Shown: positions 36,336 to 47,852, counted from the stretch's first letter. The stretch: DNA of 64,000 bases from Acidobacteriota bacterium (GCA_040007095.1 JBDTVS010000192.1:16552-80551), one strand, 5' to 3'. The notes: generated by a model from the sequence alone, not told the origin. Program-made: numbers and translations.

Positions 36336-36766
36336 AGCGCGGAGAGTGTGCCCGAAGTTGAGGGCATCCTGGCCGGGAGCTGCACGGTGGAGAAGGCAGG
36401 ACCGTGAACGCTGTCGGGCTTGCCCTGTCGAATTGACACAGGACGCTCAACGCTCGTCCGCGCGCGCGATCGGCTCAGAGTTGCAATATTGTTGGTGTGC
36501 GCGGACTTCGGACAGAAGTGTCGTCAGAGACGCCTGAAGCCAACCATTCATCACCGCGTGTGTGGAGGAATGCACCGTCACGGCGTACCACAAAGCGGCC
36601 CAGTGAGCTACACAAAGGTAGTGCCTGTCGCTCGTTGCCGACATAACTGTTGTTCGCGCCGATGCTGGTGAAGCCGTTGTCAGCAAACCCTGCCCGCTTT
36701 CTGTGACGTGTTGAATTCCGTGATCGCGGCTGATTGGCCCCCGTCTTGCTGTTCAAGACGTCGTCG

Positions 36767-37105
36767 ATGCTGTCGAGACTGTGTGTCGTTTGGCTCGTTT
36801 CGTTGATCCTGCTGCCATTTTCCGCACCATTCTCCACGTGCGATGTGCAGACCTTGTTCTCGAGCACGGACAGCGACAACACCACGCTGACGCGGCGCTC
36901 GCCGTTGCCGGTTGTCTCGGTCGATGCCGTCGCCACCAGTCACGCCCTGGTACTCCCACGCGCCACGGGGCGCGTCAGGCTGGCCGCCTCGGTATTTCTT
37001 CGCCTGCATGTCAACCCGGCAGCCTCGCCGGGACGGCTTACCGGTCCTAGTATTGCGGCGCCAGGGTCCGCCAGGGCCTCGTTCGCCTCTCCTCTTCGAA
37101 TCTGA
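36767..37105 (+). CDS. possible small membrane/secreted protein (weak call)
   Basis: This frame has high third-position GC. The N-terminus is hydrophobic (MLSRLCVVWLVSLILLPFSAPFS). I see no homolog and no clear RBS, and an antisense ORF (36475-36936) is partly as good. Confidence 0.3.
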   Translation: MLSRLCVVWLVSLILLPFSAPFSTCDVQTLFSSTDSDNTTLTRRSPLPVVSVDAVATSHALVLPRATGRVRLAASVFLRLHVNPAASPGRLTGPSIAAPGSARASFASPLRI

Positions 37106-37275
37106 TTCACACCACGCAGGGTCGTCAGACACGGCTGCTCGCACGGTGCGTCAGGCACCGGTGTGGTCGGTCGTGTCCCGTGCGCTCCCCTGATTCTTCG
37201 CTCCCTAACTGACAACAAATAGCCGATCTGGTCCGGCAAGTCCGGCCCGACAGATCTTCGATCCCGAGGTGTGCG

Positions 37276-38496
37276 ATGAATCAAGCAGATACCGCTTGGA
37301 TGTTGATTTCGACCGCGCTCGTGTTGCTCATGACGCCGGCGCTGGCGTTTTTCTACGGCGGCCTGGTCCGGTCGAAGAACGTCCTCAACACGATGATGAT
37401 GAGTTTTGTTTCGCTGGGATTCCTGGGCGTCGTGTGGGTGCTCGTCGGCTACTCGCTCGCGTTCGCGCCCGGTAACGACTTCGTCGGAGGCCTGTCGCGC
37501 CTGTTCCTGCGCGGCGTCGGACTCGAACCGAACGGGACGATTCCTCACCTTCTCTACATGTGCTATCAGGGCACCTTCTTTATCATCACGGCGGCGCTCA
37601 TCTCGGGTGCCATCGTGGAGCGGATGCGATTCTCGGCCTACATCATCTTCATCGTCCTCTGGGGACTCGCCGTGTATTGTCCCGTGGCTCACTGGGTCTG
37701 GGGCGGCGGGTGGCTGTCCAAGATGGGCGCCCTCGATTTCGCCGGGGGCACCGTCGTCCATGTGAATGCAGGCGCTGCGGCACTCGTCGCCGCCCTGGTG
37801 GTAGGCCAGCGACGCGATCACAAGTCCTCCTCCTTGCTGCCGCACAACGTCCCGTTCACCCTGCTTGGTGCGGGGCTGCTGTGGTTCGGATGGTTTGGAT
37901 TCAACGCCGGCAGCGCCGTGGCGGCGAACGGCATCGCTGCGCTGGCATTCACGTCGACCATGTTTGCGCCGGCCGGCACGTTGGTCGTGTGGACGCTGCT
38001 CGACGTCGTGCGAACGGGTAAGCCGACCGCGGTGGGCTGTGCGACCGCGATCGTGGTCGGCCTCGTGGCCATCACGCCGGCCGCCGGGTTTGTCGGCCCG
38101 ATGAGTGCGCTCGCGCTTGGCGCGTTGGCGGCATTCCCCAGCTATTTCGGATTGATCGTCCGGGCACGGACCTCGCTCGATGATTCCCTCGATGTGGTGG
38201 CCGCTCACGGCCTCGGCGGGATCGTCGGCGCCTTGCTGACCGGGGTATTCGCTCAGAAGGCGCTCAACGGCGTGGCAGACGGAGTGCTCTTTGGCAACCC
38301 GGCGCAGCTCGCCATCCAAGGCGTGGCGGTCCTGGCGTCTGTGGTCTATAGCGGCGTTCTGACCTTCGGGCTGCTGAAGCTGATTGGCGCGGTCATCCCA
38401 TTGCGCGCCGACGCGGTCGACGAAAGCTCCGGCCTGGACATCACGCAGCACGGAGAGGAAGCGTACGTGCACGCGGAAGGATCAACGGTCATGTAG
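37276..38496 (+). CDS. amt: ammonium transporter (Amt family)
   Basis: Amt signatures TPALAFFYGGLVRSKN, LDFAGGTVVHVNAG and DDSLDVVAAHGLGGIVGALLTG, with C-terminal SSGLDITQHGEEAY. There is no adjacent glnK. Confidence 0.92.
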   Translation: MNQADTAWMLISTALVLLMTPALAFFYGGLVRSKNVLNTMMMSFVSLGFLGVVWVLVGYSLAFAPGNDFVGGLSRLFLRGVGLEPNGTIPHLLYMCYQGTFFIITAALISGAIVERMRFSAYIIFIVLWGLAVYCPVAHWVWGGGWLSKMGALDFAGGTVVHVNAGAAALVAALVVGQRRDHKSSSLLPHNVPFTLLGAGLLWFGWFGFNAGSAVAANGIAALAFTSTMFAPAGTLVVWTLLDVVRTGKPTAVGCATAIVVGLVAITPAAGFVGPMSALALGALAAFPSYFGLIVRARTSLDDSLDVVAAHGLGGIVGALLTGVFAQKALNGVADGVLFGNPAQLAIQGVAVLASVVYSGVLTFGLLKLIGAVIPLRADAVDESSGLDITQHGEEAYVHAEGSTVM

Positions 38497-38608
38497 TTCG
38501 CGAGTGTCCCGCATCAGAGACTCGTTGACGAAGATGTCGCCACATTCCCGGGCGGGGCATCCCGCCTCGCGGCGTTGCTCCTCGCTTACATATGCCCAAT
38601 ATTGCGTG
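38493..38608 (+). repeat. conserved intergenic element, family 1, copy B
   Basis: 38557-38580 is identical to 56619-56642 (24/24). The flanks align with copy A. The left end coincides with the amt stop codon and the right end abuts the O-methyltransferase remnant. Confidence 0.75.
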
Positions 38609-38784
38609 CAACCCCATCGGTCCGGCCAACTCAGCGGCGTTCCTGGGGTCCGTGGCCAGCTGATCGGCCAGGCCCAGCTTGGCCGCGGCATACAGGACCG
38701 CGGAAACCCACCAGGCCGTGCCCATCTGGATCAGTTGCACCTGCGTGGCAAAGCCCCGGATGCAGCCTCTTCGTGATGATTCAT
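38603..38784 (-). pseudogene. 5' remnant of an O-methyltransferase gene (dimerisation-domain region), frameshifted and truncated
   Basis: AGGAG-N4-ATG at 38784 opens MNHHEEAASGALPRRCN*. A neighbouring frame then reads VQLIQMGTAWWVSAVLYAAAKLGLADQLATDPRNAAELAGPMGLH, typical of the OMT N-terminal dimerisation domain. Homology stops at the repeat. Confidence 0.5.
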
Positions 38785-39035
38785 GCGTCTCCTCTGATGG
38801 TTAGGACGTCTAACCCGTACACAACTGTCTCAGACCGAGCGGATGGTAGACCTTACGACGAGGCCTTGGAAAGGGAGTTCGGCGCCACACCGAACGCGTC
38901 TCGTCTCCCCAATATCGGTAGTTGACTCCTTGGCGAGCAGCGGTGAAGATCTTGGACTCATATCCACGCTGCTCAGGCACTCTTCTTAGCAGACGCGTGT
39001 AGGCATTCTTTGCAGTTTTTTTGGAGATTTTGCGT

Positions 39036-42026
<2,991 letters not shown>

Positions 42027-42048
42027 GAGAGGTTGCATTGACTAATCC

Positions 42049-42121
42049 GAACCACGAAGGGCACAAAGAGCATTAAGAAATTCGGCTGTCTGCTTGGTGA
42101 GCTTTGTGACCTTTGTGGTTC
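42049..42121 (+). repeat. family 3 repeat pair forming a long imperfect hairpin
   Basis: GAACCACGAAGGGCACAAAGAGC (42049-42071) and its near-complement GAGCTTTGTGACCTTTGTGGTTC (42099-42121) are separated by 27 nt. The structure sits between the TBDR stop and the next start. Confidence 0.7.
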
Positions 42122-42149
42122 AGAAATTGATCAGCCGCGCCAGCCGGGG

Positions 42150-43976
42150 GTGTTGATGCGATACGTGGTCGTTCGTGGTCTCGCGCTGGCGATGTTGTTC
42201 GGTGTCTGCGGCCGCGCTGTGGCGCAAGACGGCGCGCAGGCGTTCCGGGCGAATTGTGCGTCGTGCCACGGCACGGCCGACGGTCCCCAACCCGCCAACG
42301 CCCCCAGCGTCGCGGCGCTGCGGCAGTTCAGTCCGGAGGCGATTCTCAACGCACTGCTGAACGGCAAGATGCGGATCCAGGGAACGCCGTTGTCCGACGC
42401 CGACCGGCGCGCCGTCGCCGAGTTTCTCGGCGGGCGCGCGCTGCGCAGCGTTCCGGTGGGGTCGTCCGTCGTGGCCTGTAAGTCGTCGCCGCCGTTTCGC
42501 GGGTCTGTCGCGGCCAGCGATTGGAACGGGTGGGGCAACGGCATCGAAAATACACGTTTCGCCAGAAACGGCGGCCTGACCGCTGGAGACCTGCCGAAGC
42601 TGACATTGAAGTGGGCCTTCGGCTACGCTGACGTGACGTCCGCCCGCGCCCAGCCCTCGCTCGTCGGCAACCGCCTGTTCGTCGCCAGCGACAGCGGCGA
42701 GGTCGATGCGCTCGACCCGAGGACCGGATGCGCCTACTGGTCGTTCCGCGCGGAAGCCACCGTACGCACGGCGCTTCTCGTGGCGCCGTACCGGCTGCCG
42801 GCGGGCGCCGTCGGATGGGCGGTGTTCTTCGGCGATCTGAAGGCGAACGCGTACGCGCTCGACGCGACGAGCGGCCGTCCCGTCTGGATCCGCAAGCTCG
42901 ACGACCATCCCTATGCCGCGATCACCGGGACGCCGACCTACCACGACGGTCGTGTGTTCGTGCCGGTGCAAGGGCTCAATGAGGAAGTTCAAGGTGGACG
43001 ATCTCAGTACGAATGCTGCACGTTCCGCGGCAGCCTCAGTGCGCTCGACGCTGGCACCGGGAAGGTCGTCTGGAAGACCTACACCGTCGGCGAGCGGCAA
43101 TCGCGTGGCACGAATGCCGCGGGCAAACCACAGTGGGGCCCCGCTGGCGGCGGCATCTGGTCGGCGCCGACCATCGACGTTCGTCGCGGTGCGGTGTATG
43201 TCGGCACCGGTAATTCGTACGCCGACCCCTCGCAGCCGATGACCGATGCCGTCATCGCGCTCGACATCAAGAGCGGCAAGGTGCGGTGGTTTCGGCAGTT
43301 GATCCCGAACGACACCTGGACGCTCGGCTGCCGTGCGAAGAACCCGGACAACCCGAACTGTCCGGATACGCTCGGTCCTGACTTCGATATCTCGGCGTCG
43401 CCCGCGCTGGTGAAGGCCGGCGGGCGCGATCTGTTGGTGCTGCCACAGAAATCGGGCATGGCCTACGCGCTCGATCCCGACAAGCAGGGCGCACCCGTGT
43501 GGCAGTTCCGATTCGGTCAGGGCAGCGGCCGCGGCGGTCAGTGGGGCAGCGCGACCGACGGGCGTCAGGCGTACTTCGGCGCCAACGGCAATGGCCCCGC
43601 AGCGGGCGGGATCGTCGCTGTCGATCTCGCCACTGGCGAACGCGCCTGGCAGCGCGCGGCGGAGGCACCGCTGTGCGGCGCACCCAGCCGCGAGTGCGGC
43701 GCTGCGCAAGGCGCCGCTGTTACCGCCATTCCCGGCGCGGTGCTGTCCGGGTCGCAAGATGGCGGCCTGCGCGCGTACGCAGCCGAAGACGGCAAGCTGC
43801 TGTGGCAGTTCGACACGAACCGTGAATTCGCCACCGTGAACGGGGTCAAGGCCAGAGGCGGCAGCATGGACGGACCGGGTGCCATCGTCGCCGGCGGACT
43901 GCTGTTCGTGAACTCGGGGTACGGCGGCATCGCCGGTCGCCCGGGCAACGTCCTTCTCGTGTTCGGTGTGGACTGA
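42150..43976 (+). CDS. PQQ-type beta-propeller quinohemoprotein dehydrogenase (polyvinyl-alcohol-dehydrogenase-like) with N-terminal cytochrome c domain
   Basis: Signal peptide, CASCH heme motif, then repeated propeller blades (..LDPRTGCAYWSF.., ..ALDATSGRPVWIR.., ..ALDIKSGKVRWF.., ..AYAAEDGKLLWQF..). The start may be the ATG at 42156. Confidence 0.8.
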   Translation: MLMRYVVVRGLALAMLFGVCGRAVAQDGAQAFRANCASCHGTADGPQPANAPSVAALRQFSPEAILNALLNGKMRIQGTPLSDADRRAVAEFLGGRALRSVPVGSSVVACKSSPPFRGSVAASDWNGWGNGIENTRFARNGGLTAGDLPKLTLKWAFGYADVTSARAQPSLVGNRLFVASDSGEVDALDPRTGCAYWSFRAEATVRTALLVAPYRLPAGAVGWAVFFGDLKANAYALDATSGRPVWIRKLDDHPYAAITGTPTYHDGRVFVPVQGLNEEVQGGRSQYECCTFRGSLSALDAGTGKVVWKTYTVGERQSRGTNAAGKPQWGPAGGGIWSAPTIDVRRGAVYVGTGNSYADPSQPMTDAVIALDIKSGKVRWFRQLIPNDTWTLGCRAKNPDNPNCPDTLGPDFDISASPALVKAGGRDLLVLPQKSGMAYALDPDKQGAPVWQFRFGQGSGRGGQWGSATDGRQAYFGANGNGPAAGGIVAVDLATGERAWQRAAEAPLCGAPSRECGAAQGAAVTAIPGAVLSGSQDGGLRAYAAEDGKLLWQFDTNREFATVNGVKARGGSMDGPGAIVAGGLLFVNSGYGGIAGRPGNVLLVFGVD

Positions 43977-43998
43977 AGGGCGGATCTCACGGTCCCGT

Positions 43999-44028
43999 CA
44001 ACCACCGATCACCGAGAACACCGAGACG
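43999..44028 (+). repeat. family 3 repeat (tandem 9-mers, CACCGAGA type)
   Basis: caACCACCGA-TCACCGAGA-ACACCGAGA-cg, 23 nt after the stop of the PQQ gene. Confidence 0.6.
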
Positions 44029-44220
44029 ATCGACGTCTTAAAGACCTGTGTAGAAACCGTTCAACGCTCTGCGTCAAAACGTTGTGAATTTGTTCATGGA
44101 TCCTTCACGCGGACGCTCACGGTTTTCATGCTACGGGGTGCGCGCCCGCTCATGACGACTCGATGGGTGAACATCACGGTGTGGTAGCGTGCGACCGGCG
44201 ATTACGACAGGAGCAGGACG

Positions 44221-45741
44221 ATGAGAGATGCACGCGAGGATGACCGGGAGGCGGCACGCGTCACGACGCCGATCGGGCGACGTGCCTTGTTGCGGGGGGC
44301 GATGTCGGCCGCGGGCGTTCTGGGACTTGGAACGATAATCCCGCGCCAGGCGGCGGCGCAGCGCGGGGCCGGTGCCTCGAACGCCGCTCAGGCCGACAGC
44401 ACGCTCGCGCTCGCTCGATTCCTCAACAACGCCGCCTACCGGGACTTTCCGCCGAAGGCGATCGAGCACGCGAAGATGATCCTCGCCAGCACGTTCGCGA
44501 GTGCGGCGGCGGGATCCGTGATCGACTCGGCCCGGATCCTGCGTCAACTGGCGAAGGAGCAGGGCGGTAAGCCGGAAGCCACGATCTGGTTCGACGGCAC
44601 GAAGCTTCCTGCGGTCGAGGCCGCGCGCGTGAATGCCGTACTCAGCGACGCGGCAGCGTCCGACGACAGCGACATCCGCAACACCGCCCATGAAGGCACG
44701 ACACTCGCCTCTGTAGGTCTCGCCATCGCCGAGCGCACCGGCGCCACGGGGCAGGATCTGCTCGGCGCGATGATTCTCGGGTACGAGGCGGCGGGCCGGA
44801 TCGGCGAAGCGCGCAATGGCGGGCGCGGCGGTGTACACGCCTCGCAGATCGTCGCGTTCGCCGGCGCCGCAGCTGCGGCGAAGCTCCTGAAGCTCACCGA
44901 CGAGCAAATGGCGCAAGCGCTCGGGATCGTCGCCATCACCATGGGCGGACTGGCGACAGGGACGAACAGCTGGGCCCGGGAGTACATGGGCGCCAACGCG
45001 GCGGCCTGCGGCGTCAATGCGGCACTGGCTGCCAGCCGAGGCTACACCGTGAACGAGGACATGCTCGGAAGCCGCGGGGGATTCGTAGACGTGTTCGGCG
45101 GCGGCGCCAAGGCCGTCGAGCGCCTCACCGCGGATCTCGGCAAGGAGTGGGACATCGTCGATTTTCTGGCGATCAAGCTGTGGCCGGGCGCCCATCCGTT
45201 CTCCGGCACTGTGGAAGCCGCGATGAATGCCGCGCGGCAGGCTGATCTTGCTCCCGACAACGTGGCGAAGATTCTCGTGGCCGGCCAGAACCGAACGTCC
45301 ATTCAAGGAAGCCGGCGCCCCGGCAACCTGGCGGAAGCCATTCACAGCCTGTCGTACTACGTTGCGGCGGCAGTCGCGGACAAGGACTTCACCTGGGCGC
45401 ATGCGAGCGAGGCGAAGTTCCACGATCCGAGAATCACCAGGCTCATGGATCTGGTGGACGTCGATCCGGCGCCGCCAGCGGTGAAGTACGCCTGGAGCTG
45501 GGGAGGCACCGTCACCATCGTCGCGACGTCCGGCGCGCGGTTCACGAGCACGGTGGATGCGCCGCGGGGCTCGGGCCCGCGCGGCATCGCGTGGAGCGAT
45601 GTCGAAGCCAAGTACCGCGCCTTGATGCCTGAGTCGAAGCTGGCCGGGCGGCGCATCGACGACATCCTCGCCGTGATTCATGGTTTCGAGCGTGCGAAGA
45701 ACGTGTCGGAGTTGACCCGCCTGCTCGCGCCGGGACGCTGA
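44221..45741 (+). CDS. MmgE/PrpD-family protein with twin-arginine (Tat) signal
   Basis: The N-terminus IGRRALLRGAMSAAGVLGLGTIIPRQAAAQ is a Tat-type RR motif. It is followed by the PrpD-like segment LARFLNNAAYRDFPPKAIEHAKMILASTFASAAAGS. Confidence 0.8.
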   Translation: MRDAREDDREAARVTTPIGRRALLRGAMSAAGVLGLGTIIPRQAAAQRGAGASNAAQADSTLALARFLNNAAYRDFPPKAIEHAKMILASTFASAAAGSVIDSARILRQLAKEQGGKPEATIWFDGTKLPAVEAARVNAVLSDAAASDDSDIRNTAHEGTTLASVGLAIAERTGATGQDLLGAMILGYEAAGRIGEARNGGRGGVHASQIVAFAGAAAAAKLLKLTDEQMAQALGIVAITMGGLATGTNSWAREYMGANAAACGVNAALAASRGYTVNEDMLGSRGGFVDVFGGGAKAVERLTADLGKEWDIVDFLAIKLWPGAHPFSGTVEAAMNAARQADLAPDNVAKILVAGQNRTSIQGSRRPGNLAEAIHSLSYYVAAAVADKDFTWAHASEAKFHDPRITRLMDLVDVDPAPPAVKYAWSWGGTVTIVATSGARFTSTVDAPRGSGPRGIAWSDVEAKYRALMPESKLAGRRIDDILAVIHGFERAKNVSELTRLLAPGR

Positions 45742-46116
45742 TCTTCATACCCCGGCGCACCCTTCCTTCCGGTGCGTCGCTGCCCGACTGCCTTGGCCTC
45801 ATTTTTCTTGGCTTCATTTGCGTTGCGTTTACGCGTCAGATCGTCTACACCTACACGTTCAAATATGTCTGAACATCCATAGGCGAGTCGGGCGGCGAAC
45901 GGCTTCGGCACACGGCCCTATAACTGGGAGCTCATCGGGGCGCTGCCGACCGAGCTGAGGTCGAATATCAGATAAATTTCTGAGGATTGTGTGAAGGGGT
46001 CCCCACGAGTCGTCTTCTGGGGCCCCGAGACGTTCGACGCGGGATGCCCGGCGGCCACGGGCGTATGTTCCAATAGAAGGAACGTGCTGGACGGGGTGTC
46101 GGTGGGCGATGACGCG

Positions 46117-46545
46117 ATGACGTACTTCGCGAGGGTCGGCGAATGGGTGCGCAATCTGTCACTCGCTCGCAAGGTCATCGCGGTGATCATGGGCGTCACC
46201 AGCGCAGCCCTCCTCATCGCGTGTCTGGCGCTGGTGGAGTACGACCGCAGCACCGCGCGCACGACGATGATCCGAGACATCGGCATGCGCGCCGATGTCG
46301 TGGGGGTGACCAGCACGGCCGCGGTGTCGTTCGGTGACGCGAACGGCGCGAAGGAAACCCTGCACGCGGTCTCGGTCAACAAGAACGTGCGGCTGGCGGC
46401 CATTGTTCGCCGTGGTGTCGTCTTCGCGCGATTCGATCGACAGCCGGACACCGTCAGCACGCCGATCCCTACACGGGTGGACCCCGATCTCCTTCGCACA
46501 CCCCGTGCCGCCTTTACGTTCGAGAGCGATTCCGCGGATCGCTAG
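46117..46545 (+). CDS. CHASE8 sensor-domain-only protein (probable truncated sensor kinase/cyclase)
   Basis: The ORF starts at MTYFARVGEWVRNLSLARKVIAVIMGVTSAALLIACLALVEY and contains AAVSFGDANGAKETLHAVSVNKNVRLAAIV, typical of CHASE8. It stops before any second TM, HAMP or output domain. Confidence 0.55.
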   Translation: MTYFARVGEWVRNLSLARKVIAVIMGVTSAALLIACLALVEYDRSTARTTMIRDIGMRADVVGVTSTAAVSFGDANGAKETLHAVSVNKNVRLAAIVRRGVVFARFDRQPDTVSTPIPTRVDPDLLRTPRAAFTFESDSADR

Positions 46546-46625
46546 TCGGCAGTATTGGAGCGTCTTCCAATTGTGCGGCACGCAGTCCAGACGGGATCTA
46601 CAGGCACATCGAGGAGGCGGCCGAA

Positions 46626-47042
46626 ATGAGTTGGCTGTTCTATGCGTTCGTATCAGCCGGAGCGGCGGCACTGACCGCTGTCCTTGCCAAGATCGGCGTC
46701 GAAGGCGTGCCGTCCACACTGGCGACCGCAATTCGCACGGTGATCATTACCCTGTTCGCATGGGCGTTGACGATCGGCCTCAAGGAGCACCATGCCTTCA
46801 GCGGCGTGTCGCGACGCTCTCTCGTGTTTCTCGCCCTGTCAGGGCTGGCGACGGGGGTGTCGTGGCTGGCGTATTTTCGCGCGTTGCAACTCGCCCCGGC
46901 GTCCCGTGTCGCGCCCGTCGACAAACTGAGTCTCCCGCTCACGATTATCCTGGCCGCGCTCTTCCTGGGCGAGCCATTGAGCTGGCGGCTCGGGCTCGGC
47001 GTCGCGTTGATGACGGCCGGCGCGATTCTCACCATCGGATAG
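46626..47042 (+). CDS. small EamA-domain (DMT superfamily) membrane protein
   Basis: 138 aa with a single EamA-like domain. Contains WLFYAFVSAGAAALTAVLAKIG..SWLAYFRALQLAPASRVAPVDKLSLPLTIILAALFLGE. A GAGGAGG RBS is present. Confidence 0.8.
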   Translation: MSWLFYAFVSAGAAALTAVLAKIGVEGVPSTLATAIRTVIITLFAWALTIGLKEHHAFSGVSRRSLVFLALSGLATGVSWLAYFRALQLAPASRVAPVDKLSLPLTIILAALFLGEPLSWRLGLGVALMTAGAILTIG

Positions 47043-47075
47043 AGAGACCGACGTGAGGTTCCGAACACTCGCGGC

Positions 47076-47852
47076 CTACTTGATGTGAGGGCCCATGTGC
47101 GGCGTGGACTTCTCGTTCTCGTTGCAGACGAACTCGAACAGCTCCGTATCCGGCATCAGACGAGCGTTGGTGGTCGCCGTCCACGGCTTGGTGTAGTACG
47201 TCGGGTCGTTGATGGTGATCTCGATCTCGAGCCGCCCGACGTTCGGGCGGCGAAATCGCTCGGTCACCGTCAGCTTGCTGCTCGCCGGCAGACCGCCGTG
47301 ATCGAGCCACTGCTTGCCGTTCAGGCCCCGCGTCTCGACCACCAGCGTGTCGCCTTCCCAGCGACCCTTCGAGTAGCCCATCCAACTCGGGTTCAGATCG
47401 TCCACCCACTCGCGCTCATCGAGGAACACCTGCCGCCAGAGGTTGAAGGCTTCGTAGACGATGACGACCAGCCGGTCGGTCTGGACGATCTTGAACGGCA
47501 CCGGCGCCATGTCGATTTTGGGAACGCCTTGCGGCAGGCAGTGTGCGTCCGGTTCTTCGTAGCCGAGCAGCCCGGTGGCACGCGCCGCATGAATCTTCCG
47601 CGCTTCGCCGGTCATCGGCACGTTCTCGAGCCCCAGATCCGCGGCGAGGTTCTGGAAGTATTTGTAGTTCGAGGAGTAGATGCCGGAGAGATCGGGGTGT
47701 CCCGATGGCGTCCTTGGCGTCGCCGCCGACATGTTCGGCTTGCCGTCTGGTCCAGGCGGAACCCCGTCTTTCGGGAGATTCCGCCACTGAGCGCCCGCTG
47801 GACCCGCAACCAGCAGGAGCGCGATCGTGAGCGTCGCCGCGCGGTTCTTCAT
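47076..47852 (-). CDS. secreted WEGDTLVV-type family protein
   Basis: Signal peptide MKNRAATLTIALLLVAGPAGAQ. Motifs are AHCLPQGVP..GRWEGDTLVVETRGLNGKQWLD..VTERFRR..TINDPTYYTKPWT..FVCNENEKS. Confidence 0.85.
   Translation of the reverse strand: MKNRAATLTIALLLVAGPAGAQWRNLPKDGVPPGPDGKPNMSAATPRTPSGHPDLSGIYSSNYKYFQNLAADLGLENVPMTGEARKIHAARATGLLGYEEPDAHCLPQGVPKIDMAPVPFKIVQTDRLVVIVYEAFNLWRQVFLDEREWVDDLNPSWMGYSKGRWEGDTLVVETRGLNGKQWLDHGGLPASSKLTVTERFRRPNVGRLEIEITINDPTYYTKPWTATTNARLMPDTELFEFVCNENEKSTPHMGPHIK

Noticed and set aside
36475-36936. 153-aa minus-strand ORF upstream of amt, with the segment GFADNGFTSIGANNSYVGNE vaguely reminiscent of adhesin or porin repeats
   Set aside because: There is no repeat periodicity, no signal peptide and no clear RBS. 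Third-position GC falls off in its second half, and it overlaps an equally plausible plus-strand ORF.
37042-37057. Sigma-54-like promoter (GG-N10-GC with TTGC) upstream of amt
   Set aside because: Only the core dinucleotides and TTGC match, and I saw no convincing NtrC enhancer sites. It lies 220 nt from the start codon and inside a possible ORF. I mention it in a finding but do not annotate it as a feature.
36940-38472. 510-aa ORF on the minus strand
   Set aside because: It is entirely antisense to the Amt transporter gene, which has unmistakable family motifs. Its translation is Arg/Gly/Asp/His-rich with no motifs, which is typical of a shadow frame in high-GC DNA.
45961-46050. Possible fourth (inverted) copy of the family 1 element
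   Set aside because: Similarity is patchy (GAATATC..TTCTGAG and GCGGGATGCCC), there is a ~40-nt insertion, and the hairpin is not preserved. I mention it as weak support only and do not annotate it.
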